This document shows, piece after piece, positions 12,484 through 25,500 of a DNA stretch of 64,000 nt. Each line of letters starts with the position of its first letter. Positions within the stretch are counted from its first letter, which is position 1. The stretch is from Yuukianura sp. NJ FZ-2021 (lineage: Eukaryota): contig CM102289.1 in the NCBI GenBank assembly GCA_046563655.1, positions 6,014,001 through 6,078,000 of the forward strand. Reading direction: 5' to 3'. The notes under the pieces are model-generated. The model was not told where the DNA came from and did no database searches. It saw only the letters and a program-made list of their open reading frames with translations. The translations under genes were made by a program, and so were the position numbers.

Positions 12484-15400
12484 GATGACTCTCAGATGTG
12501 TGAAATAAGGATTACACAGTATCGCTTCAAGCGAATTTCGAGATTTTGGTAAAATGAAAAATTTGGTATGAATACTTAGGAATTCTTGATTTCAAAAAAA
12601 ATTATGTGGCTGAAAATTTTGTGAACGCGTAGCGTTTGGCGCGGCGTTTTTGTAAATCCTGAATTTTGAGTAATTGTTTTGTTTTTTGTTGCTTTGTTTT
12701 CAGGTTCAAACATCATTATTACTGTTTAAGCGTCATGACAACCAAATTAGAAAATTTAGTATACAAATTAAAAGAATTTTTTTGTAGCATTTCTTGTGCG
12801 TTGCGAAAAAGATAATTTTCTGAGAAGTGGATTGAAGCACGTTGAGAGCCCCTATTTATATTTATAGAAATGTTAGTTGGTGATTTATGTGGTGAAGATA
12901 GATTTATGTAGTTAGTAAAGATATGAGTCGGGGGAAGGCGGGACTTTTTGAAAAAAGCTTCAAAACCTCCTTAAGTGTCCCATAAGATAGAAGTTATCGA
13001 CACTTTCTCAGACGACTCACTTGAGCTACTAAAAAGACTCTCTCTCTGTTAGATTCTAGATACTTTTTTAGTTCCTAAAAGCAGCTATTTCCAGTTCCAG
13101 CGATTTCCTCCTAAAAAGTATCCAGTTGATGGACCTGAAGAGCCCCATGGGGTCGTTGGAGGTGGGAAATAAGGATGCGAATCCCCAATTCCTTCGTTCT
13201 TTGGCTGAGTTATGGGCAGCACTCTTCGATACCTCGGTGCATAGAAATCACTTGATTATTCTCTAGTCTTCACGCACTAACTTTCTCAAGTCCCTTTAAC
13301 TTAACTTTTCCTGCCAACAAACTCAGGGAAAGTGGAAATGAAACTTTTAGTTTAAAAAAGAAAAAGGCTAATTTCAACTTTCACTTTTTTGACTTCAAAT
13401 TCAGTCACTTTCTTCCCGCTTGTCTGCTGTGAGAACAATTTTTCAAAAATTCCAAGTTCGGTTAGCGTTCTTTGAAATATTTTTTTAAAGATGAATTTTA
13501 AGCTTAAAGTTGATGAGAAAGTTGCGTCTAGGGAAGCGTCCGTGTGGAACGAAAGAGTAATGCATTTGAGAAATTCGTATTTTGTGTACAACATGACATG
13601 GACAATTATTGAATCGCTGGTGAAAGTATGTTATGCACTTTCAAGTGCAATCAACTATAATTGGTGATTTGGAGCAAGAAATTGTAATTTATCGATACGT
13701 ATTGCAGGATTTTTTTTAAATGACGTTCATCGCTTTTGTTCCGTATTTTAGCGTTCGAAGTTATACTGAGATTTTGTTACTATATTTTCTTCCTGTTGAA
13801 AGGATTTAGTAGAAAACAATGTTTTATGATGTTGGAACTTGGAAAACTAAAATTTTAAAAATTTTTGTTGAAAGTGTAAAATAACAGTGATAGGAAAAGT
13901 TGCTCTTCGAGAACTGGCGCTAGTAAAGGATTTGTGCTTTCTCTGCTGAGTTCTGTGAGCTTCATAAAAGCCATCGTAAATCATTTGAAAAAGAGCCATA
14001 AACAGAAAATCGCCTTATTACAATTTTTCTATAGCCATTTCTTATGTAACTGCAACTGTTTAGACAGTAGTCACAACCTTACTTTAGTTTACTGTCAACA
14101 ACGATCATGCGCATGCGTCTCCAACATAAATAGAAAAGCTTTCTTATTTTATTTTTTTTTAAAGTAGAAAGTTGCTGTAATTTTCAGAATTGGATTCAAT
14201 TTCCTTTAAATTTAAAATTTAGCGCTTAAATTTTTCTCAAGCACGTGCAAAACTCAAATAAAGGCAAACTAATTTCCTTGCCCCAAAAATTAAAGAGGAG
14301 AGTACTGGCGGTCAAATTCGAATTTGCAGGTTTCTTGTTTTGGTGTTCTTGGCTGCATTATTAGTTCAAGGTTAAAAGTGTACACGAGGAAGAGAATTCC
14401 ATGTCTTCTACACTAAAGTAATTTCCGTCTTCCTTTTTTCTGCATTCCACATTTACGCGAATTTTGTTTTCAAAGTCGAGATGTATGCGAAATTGGAACT
14501 TGCACACTTCCTTCCTCCTCGTCCCCGTCGGCATAATGCATTAACACGTCACGAGAAGTGCACTTTTTGTTACTCCATTCTCACTTTGCCCCAATGCACA
14601 AGAACAAGGAAAACTCGTTTTCCTTGCCAAAACAAAAAGTTTCGCACTCATTTTATGAGTGCTTAGACGTCCCACCTAAAAAGAATACAAAATTTCAATG
14701 TCGTTTTGCATTACTTTTTGTATAAAGTAGGCTTAATCGTACTTTTTCTTCCGGAATTGCTTTTGAAAGATGGGAAATACAAAGTAAGGTCAGGTGTCTC
14801 TTCATACTCACTCGTAAAAATACGTTTCACCAAAAAGTTGCAGGGTCACAGCAGGAAATTTTAAAAGTTAAGGTCAATTGTCCAGAAATACTTTTTTTTG
14901 GGCAAAAGTTGTGTTGATTTTCTGCCTGATACAGAAGAGTGTAGTTGAGGGGGATGAATGATCTGCAAGGAAGTTTAAGGACGCTTCATTTGGTTTGCAA
15001 AAAGTTGCAGAAAAAACATTTGATGACTTGGCAAAAAACGGGTGAATTGTTGATAAAAAGTGGCGGACTGTATTTGTTTTGTGCTTGAAGATTGTTTTTG
15101 TTGAATTATTTGATATAGCATGATAGAGAGCATTAGCCTTTGTATGTTTCTTCCATGATTCAAAAGTTGTGTAGATCAATCATGTACTACTTGACAGGTC
15201 TGGGCACATTAACCCTTTATGCACACCCCATTATCGTCCAGCACAAAAATCTGGAAGCGTCAGTTCACAATTCCTGGAAAATTCATAATTCACTTGGTGT
15301 GAAAAAAAAACTTAAAGCGATCAAAGGTTACCGATTTTTTCACAAAATTGACATAATCGCTTGCTCAGCAACACGGTTCTGTTTGAACGGTGTTATACTT

Positions 15401-15827
15401 TACCTTTATATACATAGACTTTATAAATCTTTCAGTCAGGTTAACTCAATTTGATATTTAGTCAATTAACTGTCACTCTAACAATAAACTGACTTGAGCA
15501 AAAGTTCTGCTACAGTAGGATATCCGTAGATGAGTTTTGCTTTGTACAATGTAAGAGATAATAGTATTCTGGAAAAATAGATGATTTTGCACTTTTCCAA
15601 AAACATAATCAATCACATTCACAATCATTTGGGAAAAAAGTACTATTACTATGTAAAACTGATGATGATGAGAAGTCAAAAAATTCCAGCGAGATCAAAT
15701 ACCTCTTAGCTGTCAATAAATGCTGCTGGTTTTGTTAATCTCCATTATTATTGAAAATGTTGCAAAAATTTTATGCTATGAATTGGCCAGCATGTGAAGT
15801 AAATTTATTGAAGTTTGAGGGTACGGC

Positions 15828-16200
15828 TTATCCCTTCTGATTTTTTCCTACTTTTCTTCCAATTTGCGCTACACAAGACGTATAATTTTTTGGTTTACAG
15901 ATGAATCCCTTTGTTTTGTACAAAGTATTTTTCGTATTAGGTGTGAGTTTCTGATTCAATTCCAATTCCAAAAAATTGTCGCATATTTTATCAATCCTTG
16001 CCTTCTCAGACGCTTGTGGAACCATGCACTTCTCAAGATTTGGGTTTCGGGCAGCCTCGTTTGCCGTGTCGAGTTATTGCCTAACCTCTTAAGGACCAAA
16101 CTTGCTTACTACCTTCTTCAGCATTGACGCAATCTTTAAAAATGAGATGGTTCATCTGAACTGATTCACAATTACTAGGTGTTCTGCAACCCGACTTTGA
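15828..16200 (-). pseudogene. Partial, disrupted duplicate of the last two exons of the neighbouring Cys-rich secreted gene
   Basis: SKSGCRTPSNCE... and ANEAARNPNLEKC...DKICDNFLELELNQKLTPNTKNTLYKTKGFICKPKNYTSCVAQ match 17386-17838. The junction between the two parts is deleted with in-frame stops, and no signal-peptide exon was found. Confidence 0.65.
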
Positions 16201-17385
16201 CTAAAAATTGCGTTTTTTTTTTTAAATTGATTAATTTTTGATGTAAAATATTAAATCACACCTCATTTGTGCTTTTGTCCTCTTTTATCTTACCAGGATA
16301 GGCTTCCAGTCGTTTCTCAAAATAAATATTTTTTATTTTTACAATATGGGAAAAAACAGTTCAGATTTGAGATTACTAAAACTTTGGAATTGGGAGCAGA
16401 ATTTAAAAAACACATCATGAAGTGAACGTACAAGTTAAACGTTTGGTTTGTCGGTTTGTAAAATGAAGTCAGTCAGGAAAAGCAAGTGATATCCAAAAAC
16501 GATTGAAAATATATACTATTTAGGAAAAAAAAATCCTGATGATGGTGCAATGTCAAAAAAATAATCCAGTGCAATCAAAAACCTTTTGACTGTCATGCAC
16601 AATTCCATCCAATGTGATGAACAGTTGATTGCAATAATCGACCACTGTTGTATATTGTTAAAAAATTTATGAAATTTCAATTAGTCCGTATGTTTCACTT
16701 CAAAAGCATAACTTCTAAGGTTGAATTTTGATTTTCCGAACTAGAACAAGAACTAGAGCGTTTTTCTAGAACAGGATTGAATATTAATAGGGCATTATTC
16801 CAATTGCTCAGTTGAAGGCAACTTTTTTGGCAGTTATTTTCAAATCATAAATATTTTGCAAAAGAACGAGTTCACGAAGTGTCGAAACGTGTTAAATAAT
16901 AAGGGCAGTATTGTATTTTGTTTTTATAATTTTGGAAATAGCCCGATTTTTTTTTTAAATTTCTACTACGAGTTAAATATTTAGTCTGTCCCGTCTTGGG
17001 AAAATACTCAAGAATAACTAATATAACTAATTATGGCATTCCTGATGGACAAATTTGCTACAATTACAATTTACTTACAACTGGAATAGACTGCATTAAA
17101 GACAATTATAGACTGCATTAAGTGAAGTTTACTTTTTCTTAATTCTTGATGACTTTGATAGTGGAATTACTTTATTGAATGATCATGAAAGATTGAGTGG
17201 AGGTTTTAAAACGTCGAAGAAACACTTTGGTCATTTTGATTGTTCTTTGAATAGAGCTATGCAGATCCATATAACAACTTTGGATTCAATGGAAGAGTTG
17301 CAAAAAATAAATTCCAAATTGTATGAAGCAAGACACAAATTTATTGAAATTTGATGTTAGGGTTTATCCCTTAACCCTGATTTTT

Positions 17386-18513
17386 TTACTTTGGTTCCAA
17401 TTGCACTACACATGAAGTGTAATTTTTCGGTCCACAAATGAATCCCTTTGGAGTGTACAAAGTATTCTTCAAGTCAGGAGCAATTTTTGGATTCAATTGC
17501 AAATTTAAAAAATCGTCGCAAATTTTATCAACCATTGCCTTCTGAGATGCTGGTGGAATCTTACATTTTCCGGGATTTGGGTTTCGGGCAGCTTCATTTG
17601 CCCCCAAAACCTAAACAAACGATAATTAATTATCAAAAACTTGATATATGTAAAATCGAAGATTGTTAGGAATACTACAAACTTTAGAGTAGCCGAAAGC
17701 ACAAGCATGGTCACAACTTTTGGGAGCCTGGCATCCTTGTTCCGAATTGAAACAAATTTTAAAAATGCCATGGTTCTTCTGATCAGCTTCACTCAAAATT
17801 TTTTCACAGTCTGTTGGTGTATTGCAACCCGACTTTGACTAAAGAATAATAACATTTTTTTAAAGAAAAGAAAAGTGTTATTTTCTTAACTTAAAATGTT
17901 TAATCAGACCTTTGTTTTTGTTACACATTTGTCGTGTGCCACTTTGCTAGCAAGTTGTGAGGAACATGCCAGAGCGATAACATTCTTTTCCTTCACCGTG
18001 GTATCTTTACATGCGTAGGCGTTGACAATTTTTTGAGAATAAGCTGCATACTTTTGTCGAAATTCTTCAGCGGCCTTTTCGCATGTCTTGACCCACGTAG
18101 AATTCAATTTAGTACATCCAGGAGCTATCGGGTCCTTTGCCTTTGCACAATAACCAACACTTGGAATCTAAATTAAGGCAAAGATGAACAATCTAAGAGA
18201 AGGGTTTAAAAATTAAAAAGATTATAAGTATTATTATGATATTATACATAATCGTAGGTAATGATACACGTCCCTCGTACGATATTTTCCGTACAAACCC
18301 CATTTATCGCAGGATTTTCTACATCCTCTTTGGAAAGAAGGTGCTCACAGTCACTTGAGGTAGAACATTTCTATTTGAATCAAAAAAGTTTTTAGTTCAA
18401 ATTTTTGGTGATGAGAAATTAATATTTTGTGTTACCTCATAAGCATTAGCTCCTCGTGTGCCTTGGCCAAGCATGAATAATAGAATCCAGACAATATTTT
18501 GAAATAGAGCCAT
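17386..18513 (-). CDS. Secreted cysteine-rich protein (~279 aa), family not recognised
   Basis: Exons 18513-18436 (signal peptide MALFQNIVWILLFMLGQGTRGANA), 18370-18248, 18167-17910, 17838-17683, 17610-17386. All introns are phase 0 and GT-AG, and the frame is continuous. Confidence 0.8.
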
Positions 18514-19540
18514 TTTTTTTTCAAATAAAGTTTACTTTGGCAGAAAAATTTCGGTCGATTCGGTAGCTTAACTCACAAATCGCGATGCCTCTTTTATACT
18601 CTTGAATAATAATTACAGTTTAAGAAATTTGTGGTCTTCGAGTAAATAGGGCTTTAGTTTTAGGTGGATTTTGACGTTTCTGGAACAAAAACCTGATTTA
18701 AGTGAAGTATTTTCCAATTTCTTTTTTATTATATTCTTCCTACCATTTCTGTCAATTTGAAATGATGCAAGAATATAGTACACCTTGACTTTATTTTTGC
18801 AACCTATGAACTAAAAGTATTCGGATTTGGGTTTACTTAAACTCTGGAAGTCGGAACAGAATTTTTAAAAAACAAAACCTTTAGTAAGTATTTATTACGA
18901 AGAAAAACTTATGATCATGATGGGATGTAAAAGAAAACTCCAAAGAGGACAAAACCTTTTGACGGACAGAGACAATTCCAATATGATGGACATTTGATTG
19001 CAAAATTCGGTCGTTTCTTTCATACTGTTCAAAACTTTAAGAAATTTAAATTAGTCCATATTTTTACCTCAAAGAAATTGCTTGTAAGGTTGTAAGGACC
19101 AGAAATTAAATATTTAGTATGTCGGTTTTTGAAAAAATATCCAAGAATAAATAATAACTTTAATTAAAAATAGTATAACCGATGGAGGGCAATTTTCCAA
19201 CAACTAAAATGTACTTCTACCGTAAAGTATTTCGGAATTCCCGCGCGAAGTTCATTTTTTGTATTAATTAATAGTACATTTTGATAACGCCTTGATGGTG
19301 GAATTACTGTAGTAACTGATCACAAAAAATTAAAGAGTGAGTGGGAGATTTTAGATCGGAGGTAAAACACTTTGGTCATTTTGATGTTTCTTTGAAAAGA
19401 GCAATACAGATCCATGCAACAACATTAGATTCTATGGAAGAGTTGCAAATAAAAAAGTGCAAATTGTGTGAAGCCAGACGCAAAATTAGTTTAGTTGTTG
19501 TCGTCTGCTCATGTGCACAACAGTGTAAAACTGAACGTCC

Positions 19541-22500
19541 ATGGAGATGCAGTTGCAATTCCAACTGTCGTTGACGACGCTACTTACCGTTACTCTCTGC
19601 TACCTTCACATTACAGGTAAAAGTCCAAGTCAATTTTGGTCTCATTCTGAAATTTTTTGAAAAACAAAATTTTCCAAAATTTTCCTACAGCACAAAATGC
19701 GGTCATTTTTCTAAAATTGAGCGTACATATAAACATCGGGAAATGACAAAATACTTCCCTTTTCCATAAAGTAGAATGTCAGTTTCTCAAAGTAGTATTT
19801 GCGTTCCCTTTGACTTGATTAAATTTAAAATGGCTAGTTTGACCGAACTGTATTCAAAACACTCTGTTTAAAAATTGCAAAAATTTTAAGAAATTTTTTA
19901 GAAGTTCTTGAAAATTAGTGTCTACGATCGGTAGTTCGTAATGAAATGTTAGACATCAATTAGCAAAGCGTTGCTCAAAAGTTGGAACGACCTTGAGACG
20001 AGTGTGGTAGTGAAACAGAAGCCAAAGTTTGCACGCCATAACATTTTAATTAGCAAAAATTTGTCTTAATGTTTAACCTAACCTAACATTTTAACTAAAC
20101 AATGTTTAACCTTGTGGATTCAACACTAAGCATTAAAATCTAAACAGTGTTGATTATAAATAAATGCTTAACATTAAACATTTCTTTTGACACAAACTTA
20201 ATAATTTCTTATTAGTTACGAGGACATTTGTCTGTCCATTTGTGTTCCCGTTTTGACAGGCCTCTTAAGTTCCCATTACTCTTCGTTTCAAATCCTCCGC
20301 CACCTTGGTCGTGCTCCGTTTTCTAAATGAGTACAATAGATTTGTGGCGGGTGAATTTGAGTTTAGGGAAGGAAAGGCAAGTTGGGTTTAGAGCTTGAGC
20401 AAGAAAGTGGTAAGTTTAAAAGTAAAGTTTTGAATGATAGGGATGAAGATGGAACTGGCGGGAAAATTAGTTTTGAAGATGAGTTGCATATTAATTTAAA
20501 TCCCAACTTTCACTTTTCTTCCGCCACCAAAGTTCGAAAGATCAATTTTCCCGGAATTTAGAACTCAAGTTACAAGTTAACTAAACTAACTCGACTGAAG
20601 TTGTTAATTTTGAACCCTGTTTCTGTCTTGTTTGTATTGACAGGAAGAGTTTACAGTGTTGAGGCAGAAGGGACAATCTCAAATCCCCTACCGTGCGTTC
20701 CTAGAAACTTTGGGCGCGGAAGTGTCGTTTGCGTTTGCAATGCCACTTACTGTGACCTTCCGGTGGGCCTGACTGTTCCCTCCAGGAAGTCTCTGGACAC
20801 TCCGGTCCAAGTCTACACGTCGACCAAGACTGGCCTTCGTCTTCATAAATCCACGGGTGCTTTCAGCAGGACTTTCTCCACTTTCTCCATCACTACAAAT
20901 GGAATTTATGGCCACAAGATTGAGAAAAGAAGTGTCCAGAACTTCCTTTACAGAAGTAAGTGAGACACCGTTGAACGAACAAAAATATACAACATTCTTC
21001 TCGAAACTAAATTTTCACTCCAAAACACATTGCTTTTTACTCGATTAATACCACTTTTTTCTAACAAAATATCAACTTTGAAAAAAGATAACGATAAGAA
21101 ACTTTCTAAAAATGGATTTTAAAAAAAAAAATCCTGATTCAAAAAAAGAAAGTTAGCGATATATCAGAAGGGAAAAAGCTCAACAAATTCAGCTTTGCAA
21201 TGCACAGAGCTTTCAAAGTATTTTTACCAAGACTTTTAACTACTTTATTTTCATTGGATTTTTGCAAATGCGTTAGTATTTTTTTATGTTCTGCTGGTTC
21301 CAATAATAATTTATGAAACTAGATAAAATCGAGTACAAGTGAAACTGATTTTAAATTGTGCTGCGGTTGAGCGTCAAAATAAACCAAGTTGGAAAGCTTT
21401 GCTAGGTTGGGTTTGTTGTAGAGGTGAAAGTGAAGAAAGCAGTGACGCTGTCACTCGATATTGGTAACCGTGGTTACGCTGTTGATAATTTAGAATTGGT
21501 GAGGGACAAAGGGCACCAAACAAAAGAAATTGGATTGTACCTGCCCAATAAATAGCATCCACAGAACAATACACAAACTCAATTTCAACAAACATAAATT
21601 AGGAGCACCTCCAGACACGAAATCTTCCTTTGTACACAAACGATTCTATTATTTTCTAGACACACACAGGAGGAGAAATTGAAACCGCTATTTTTATTTC
21701 ATAGAAATCCTTTCTTATATAAAATATTTCATATTTTGTAGTTCTTGGGCATCGACAGACGGGTAGTTCATCGGGGGGAAGAATTGCTGAACCCTCCGAT
21801 ACTGCAACGCTGCGTGTTTTGAGGAAAACCCAGTTTCAGGAAATTTTAGGATTTGGCGGATCTTTTACAGATTCTGCAGGCGGGAACATCCGAAAACTGA
21901 GTCCAGCTAGTCAGAAGAAGCTCATGGAGTAAGTCCTGTTCATTTCTAACTTACAAAACTTACACTGAAAACCATGACTACTGTGTAATGTCAAAAGTTA
22001 ATAAAATGTGAAAAACTAAATGCTGACAGAGGAGAAAGTTTAATTTCCTAAACCTAACTGCAACTGTCACTTCAACCCATGTATCACTAACCTCTACCAA
22101 GAGTTGTCTAGAAAACCTAATCTATCTTTTCCATCTTTTTTTCTAAACATTGTGCATTTTCTAAAAAAAAAGAAGTTGACAGTTTGGCTTTGACCTCACT
22201 TAGGTCCTACTTTACCCCTGAAGGAAGCGACTACTCGCTAGGCAGAGTTCCTATTGGTGGATCTGACTTTTCTCCAAGGCCATACACTTACGATGACGAC
22301 CCTTACAACAGACCAGACTACAACCTCACGCACTTCCGCCTCCAGCCAGAAGACTTCATCCTCAAAGTAACAAAGTTTTATCTGCAGTTTCAGTCAAAAT
22401 TAAACTTTTTGTTTCAATCCGCCACCTTTTGATCAAAGCACGCTCAAAAACTGTGCATTTCACTTTCACTTCCAAATACAAAGCGTTCTTTAACAATCCA

Positions 22501-25500
22501 AAGCCCGAGAATGTATTTTTTTAAACTTTGTGCTTTTGAGTCAAAACCAAAAATCTCACTGCTCAACAGCGTTTTTAAACAAAAAGAAGCATTCACTGCC
22601 AGGTTTTTGTATTCTACAGTTCGACAACACTTTGTTGATCAAATTTGTTGCAAAATTTGCTATTATTTTTCAGCAAGCTTCTAAAAAACGAATTTTTTAC
22701 GAATTAATTTTTTACCTTCTAAAAAATTAAATTTTTATTTCAGATTCCGTTTATAAAGTGGGCAAAAACGTTAAGGGCTGGTAGGCCACTTCGGATTGTC
22801 GCCACTCCATGGAGTGCTCCAGTTTGGATGAAAACGAATCGAAGGCTCAATGGAGCAGGGACGCTAAGGAAAGAATTTTACCAACTGTGGGCAGACTACT
22901 TTGTCAAGTAAAAATAATACTTTTGAAAAAAAAAACAATACATTTTCTGCACATGCTTACCCAAATATGCTTTCACCTTTTTTGTTCTCTCTGCTTGGAA
23001 GGGAAGGTTAACGCAGCAAATTTGAAAAAAAAAGAGAGAAAGCATACGGATGAGATTGATTTCCGCTCTCCTGTTTCCTCCTACCTGCTTCACTCTAATC
23101 GCATTTTCCCGCCTTTTCAAGCAAAAAAGTTGTATCAAGGAACGAACAAAATATTTCGTAATTCATCAACAAAAACATCAGTTTCAGTCTACAAGAAAAC
23201 AATGAAACGCAGGGTATTATTTTGTAACAAGATTTGTAATTCTGCTTTTGTCATTGTTTTCGCAGATTCATAGAAGCTTATGCTGGTAATGGTATTAGCG
23301 TCTGGGGCGTAACTACTGGAAACGAACCACTCAATGGTAACTACTAGCAAAATAAAACGCAGTGGCCTTGACCTTTCCATTTTGATATTTCGTGACCTGT
23401 GACCTTGTTTAGGATTCGTGCCAGCTTTTCCATTTAACTGCATGGGTTGGATTCCAAGCGACGCTAGTCAATGGATTGGAGAAAATTTGGGACCAACTTT
23501 GAGAGCTAAATTTCCAAATCAAAAAATTCACATCATTACGGTGGATGACAATAAAATTATGGTGCCCGCTTGGGGAAGAGCAGTAAGTTCGTAGGAATCT
23601 AAATTTTTCAAAATTTTGACAGACTTATTGCAGTTTTAAAAAAAAAATTGTTGCTGTTAGGTTTTAGATCCAAAGAAGCCATCTTCAGAATTTGTCGACG
23701 GAGTCGGAACGCACTGGTACTTTGACTTCTTGGTACCGAATGATGCTTTAACTCAATTTCACAAAACCTACCCGCATCATTTTCTCCTCTCAACGGAAGC
23801 TTGCCTTGGTAAAAAAAAAATATAGAACTAAATTTTTATTTCAAAAATGTCGCCTTTTTCACAAAAAAAAAATTCACTGCGCTTTCTCTTTTCCGCATTT
23901 CCCATCAGGAGATGGAATTTGTTCCATAAATCAGACTATCATACACATAAACATTTCAAAACACCTTCCGCCCTTTTCCTTTTCTCTACTTTAAAAAAAA
24001 ACAGATACTGAAAAAAGTGGGTTGAAAACTGTAAAAAAAAAGGAACAAACAAAATTAATTTTTCTCCACTTTCCTTCAACAACTAGGAGAAAGTTTTGGA
24101 GGAAAAGTTTCCGGTTTTGTCACACATAGGAGAAAGGTTTTATTTTTTACACTTTTATGGAGACTCAAATACGTTGTCATCTTTTTCTTTTTTGAAAAAA
24201 GACAAAAAAAATTTTTTTAAGATTTTTTTTTCGTTTTTTTATAAAACGCACGAAAAAGATGAGGATTTCATTGTACGAGAAAAGTCGTAAACGTGTACTC
24301 ATAAACTTTCCTTCTTTCTCTTAGTTTCTTCCAAAACAAAAGGAGAGAAAGTATTTTCAACAAGAATTGAATCTTTCCTCCTCATGCGCGGTTCCCACCT
24401 CTTCTCTTCCCCAGGCAAGGTTCCTAGACAACGAAAAGTAATTCTTTAACAGGTTGAGTAATACCTCGCTTGCTGACAAAAAAAAATGAAAAACAAAAAT
24501 TAGTACCCATTTATTATGTAAAATTCATAAAATTCGGTTGTATTGTTATGACTACGATTCCCGGAAATAAAAGGACACGTTTTTTTTTCGCAAAATCAAA
24601 AAAAAAAAAAAGATAAGGTATTACTCAACCTGTTTAAGAAAATCAAGGTCAACAAACCATGCCCCCAGGCCCCCCATCTCCCACTCACCTACTCTTCTTC
24701 CCTCAGATGGAATTGATTCAATTAGTTGATGATAACCATCCTTTCAAATGATTCGTTCTTTAGGCTAGATCGTCTTTAATTGTGGCAGGAAAGGAGAAAA
24801 AAAGTCAATAATCTAACTTAATTTTTTTTTGCTTTCGCTCCAACTAGGATTCGTCCCATGGGACCCCGAGAAGGTTATTCTCGGAAGTTGGGAACGGGGT
24901 GAAACTTATCTCAGGGCAATCATAAACGTAAGACTAACATTAACTCTAAACTGTAATACTAGTACTACTAAAACCTAACCTTATAGTACCGTATTTCCTT
25001 GACTACAAGCCGCGGGTTATCTAAGAAATTTCGGAAAATTTTGGGAAAAAAAATTCCTGTTTTCCCGAAAACTAAAGATTTTTTTAATCAAGAGTAGGAA
25101 TTGTGGGAAAACGTACTAGACTCTACGTTAAACTGTTCTAATCTAGTGTCAATTCATCAAATCCATCAAAATAATTCGAGATATTCTTGGGTATCTGAGT
25201 CTGCCTCTTCCTCCGACTCCTCTCCGATTCCTCCGACTGGAACACTGATCTCCTTCCACGCCTTCACAATCCATTCGCAGACAGTCGAAAACCGTGAAAC
25301 TTTTTTTCTCAGAGCCAGTGGTAACCAATGTGACATCCTTTTGACCCGTCTCGGCGATGGTTCTGGTGCCAGGCAAATCAACCTGACACGGAACGTCGTC
25401 CATGTTGAGAATATTTTTTGTGGAGATTGAACCCAGACACTTCTTTTAAGTTACATAAGCGCGAAAAAGTTCCAACTTTTCTGACCAGTCTTCTGGCAGT

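Larger units (their letters stand above)
8750..12850. repeat. Tandem triplication, unit ~1.4 kb, including non-coding flanks
   Basis: Homologous flank 'gatca(g/a)ac(c/a)a...tcatcatt' at ~8760, ~10120 and ~11552. Homologous flank 'tcatgacaaccaaatt' type at ~9933, ~11406 and ~12733. Confidence 0.8.

Noticed and set aside
13130..13165. Hammerhead-like CTGAAGA followed by a hairpin
   Set aside because: The required GAAA core is absent (the sequence reads CGTTG).
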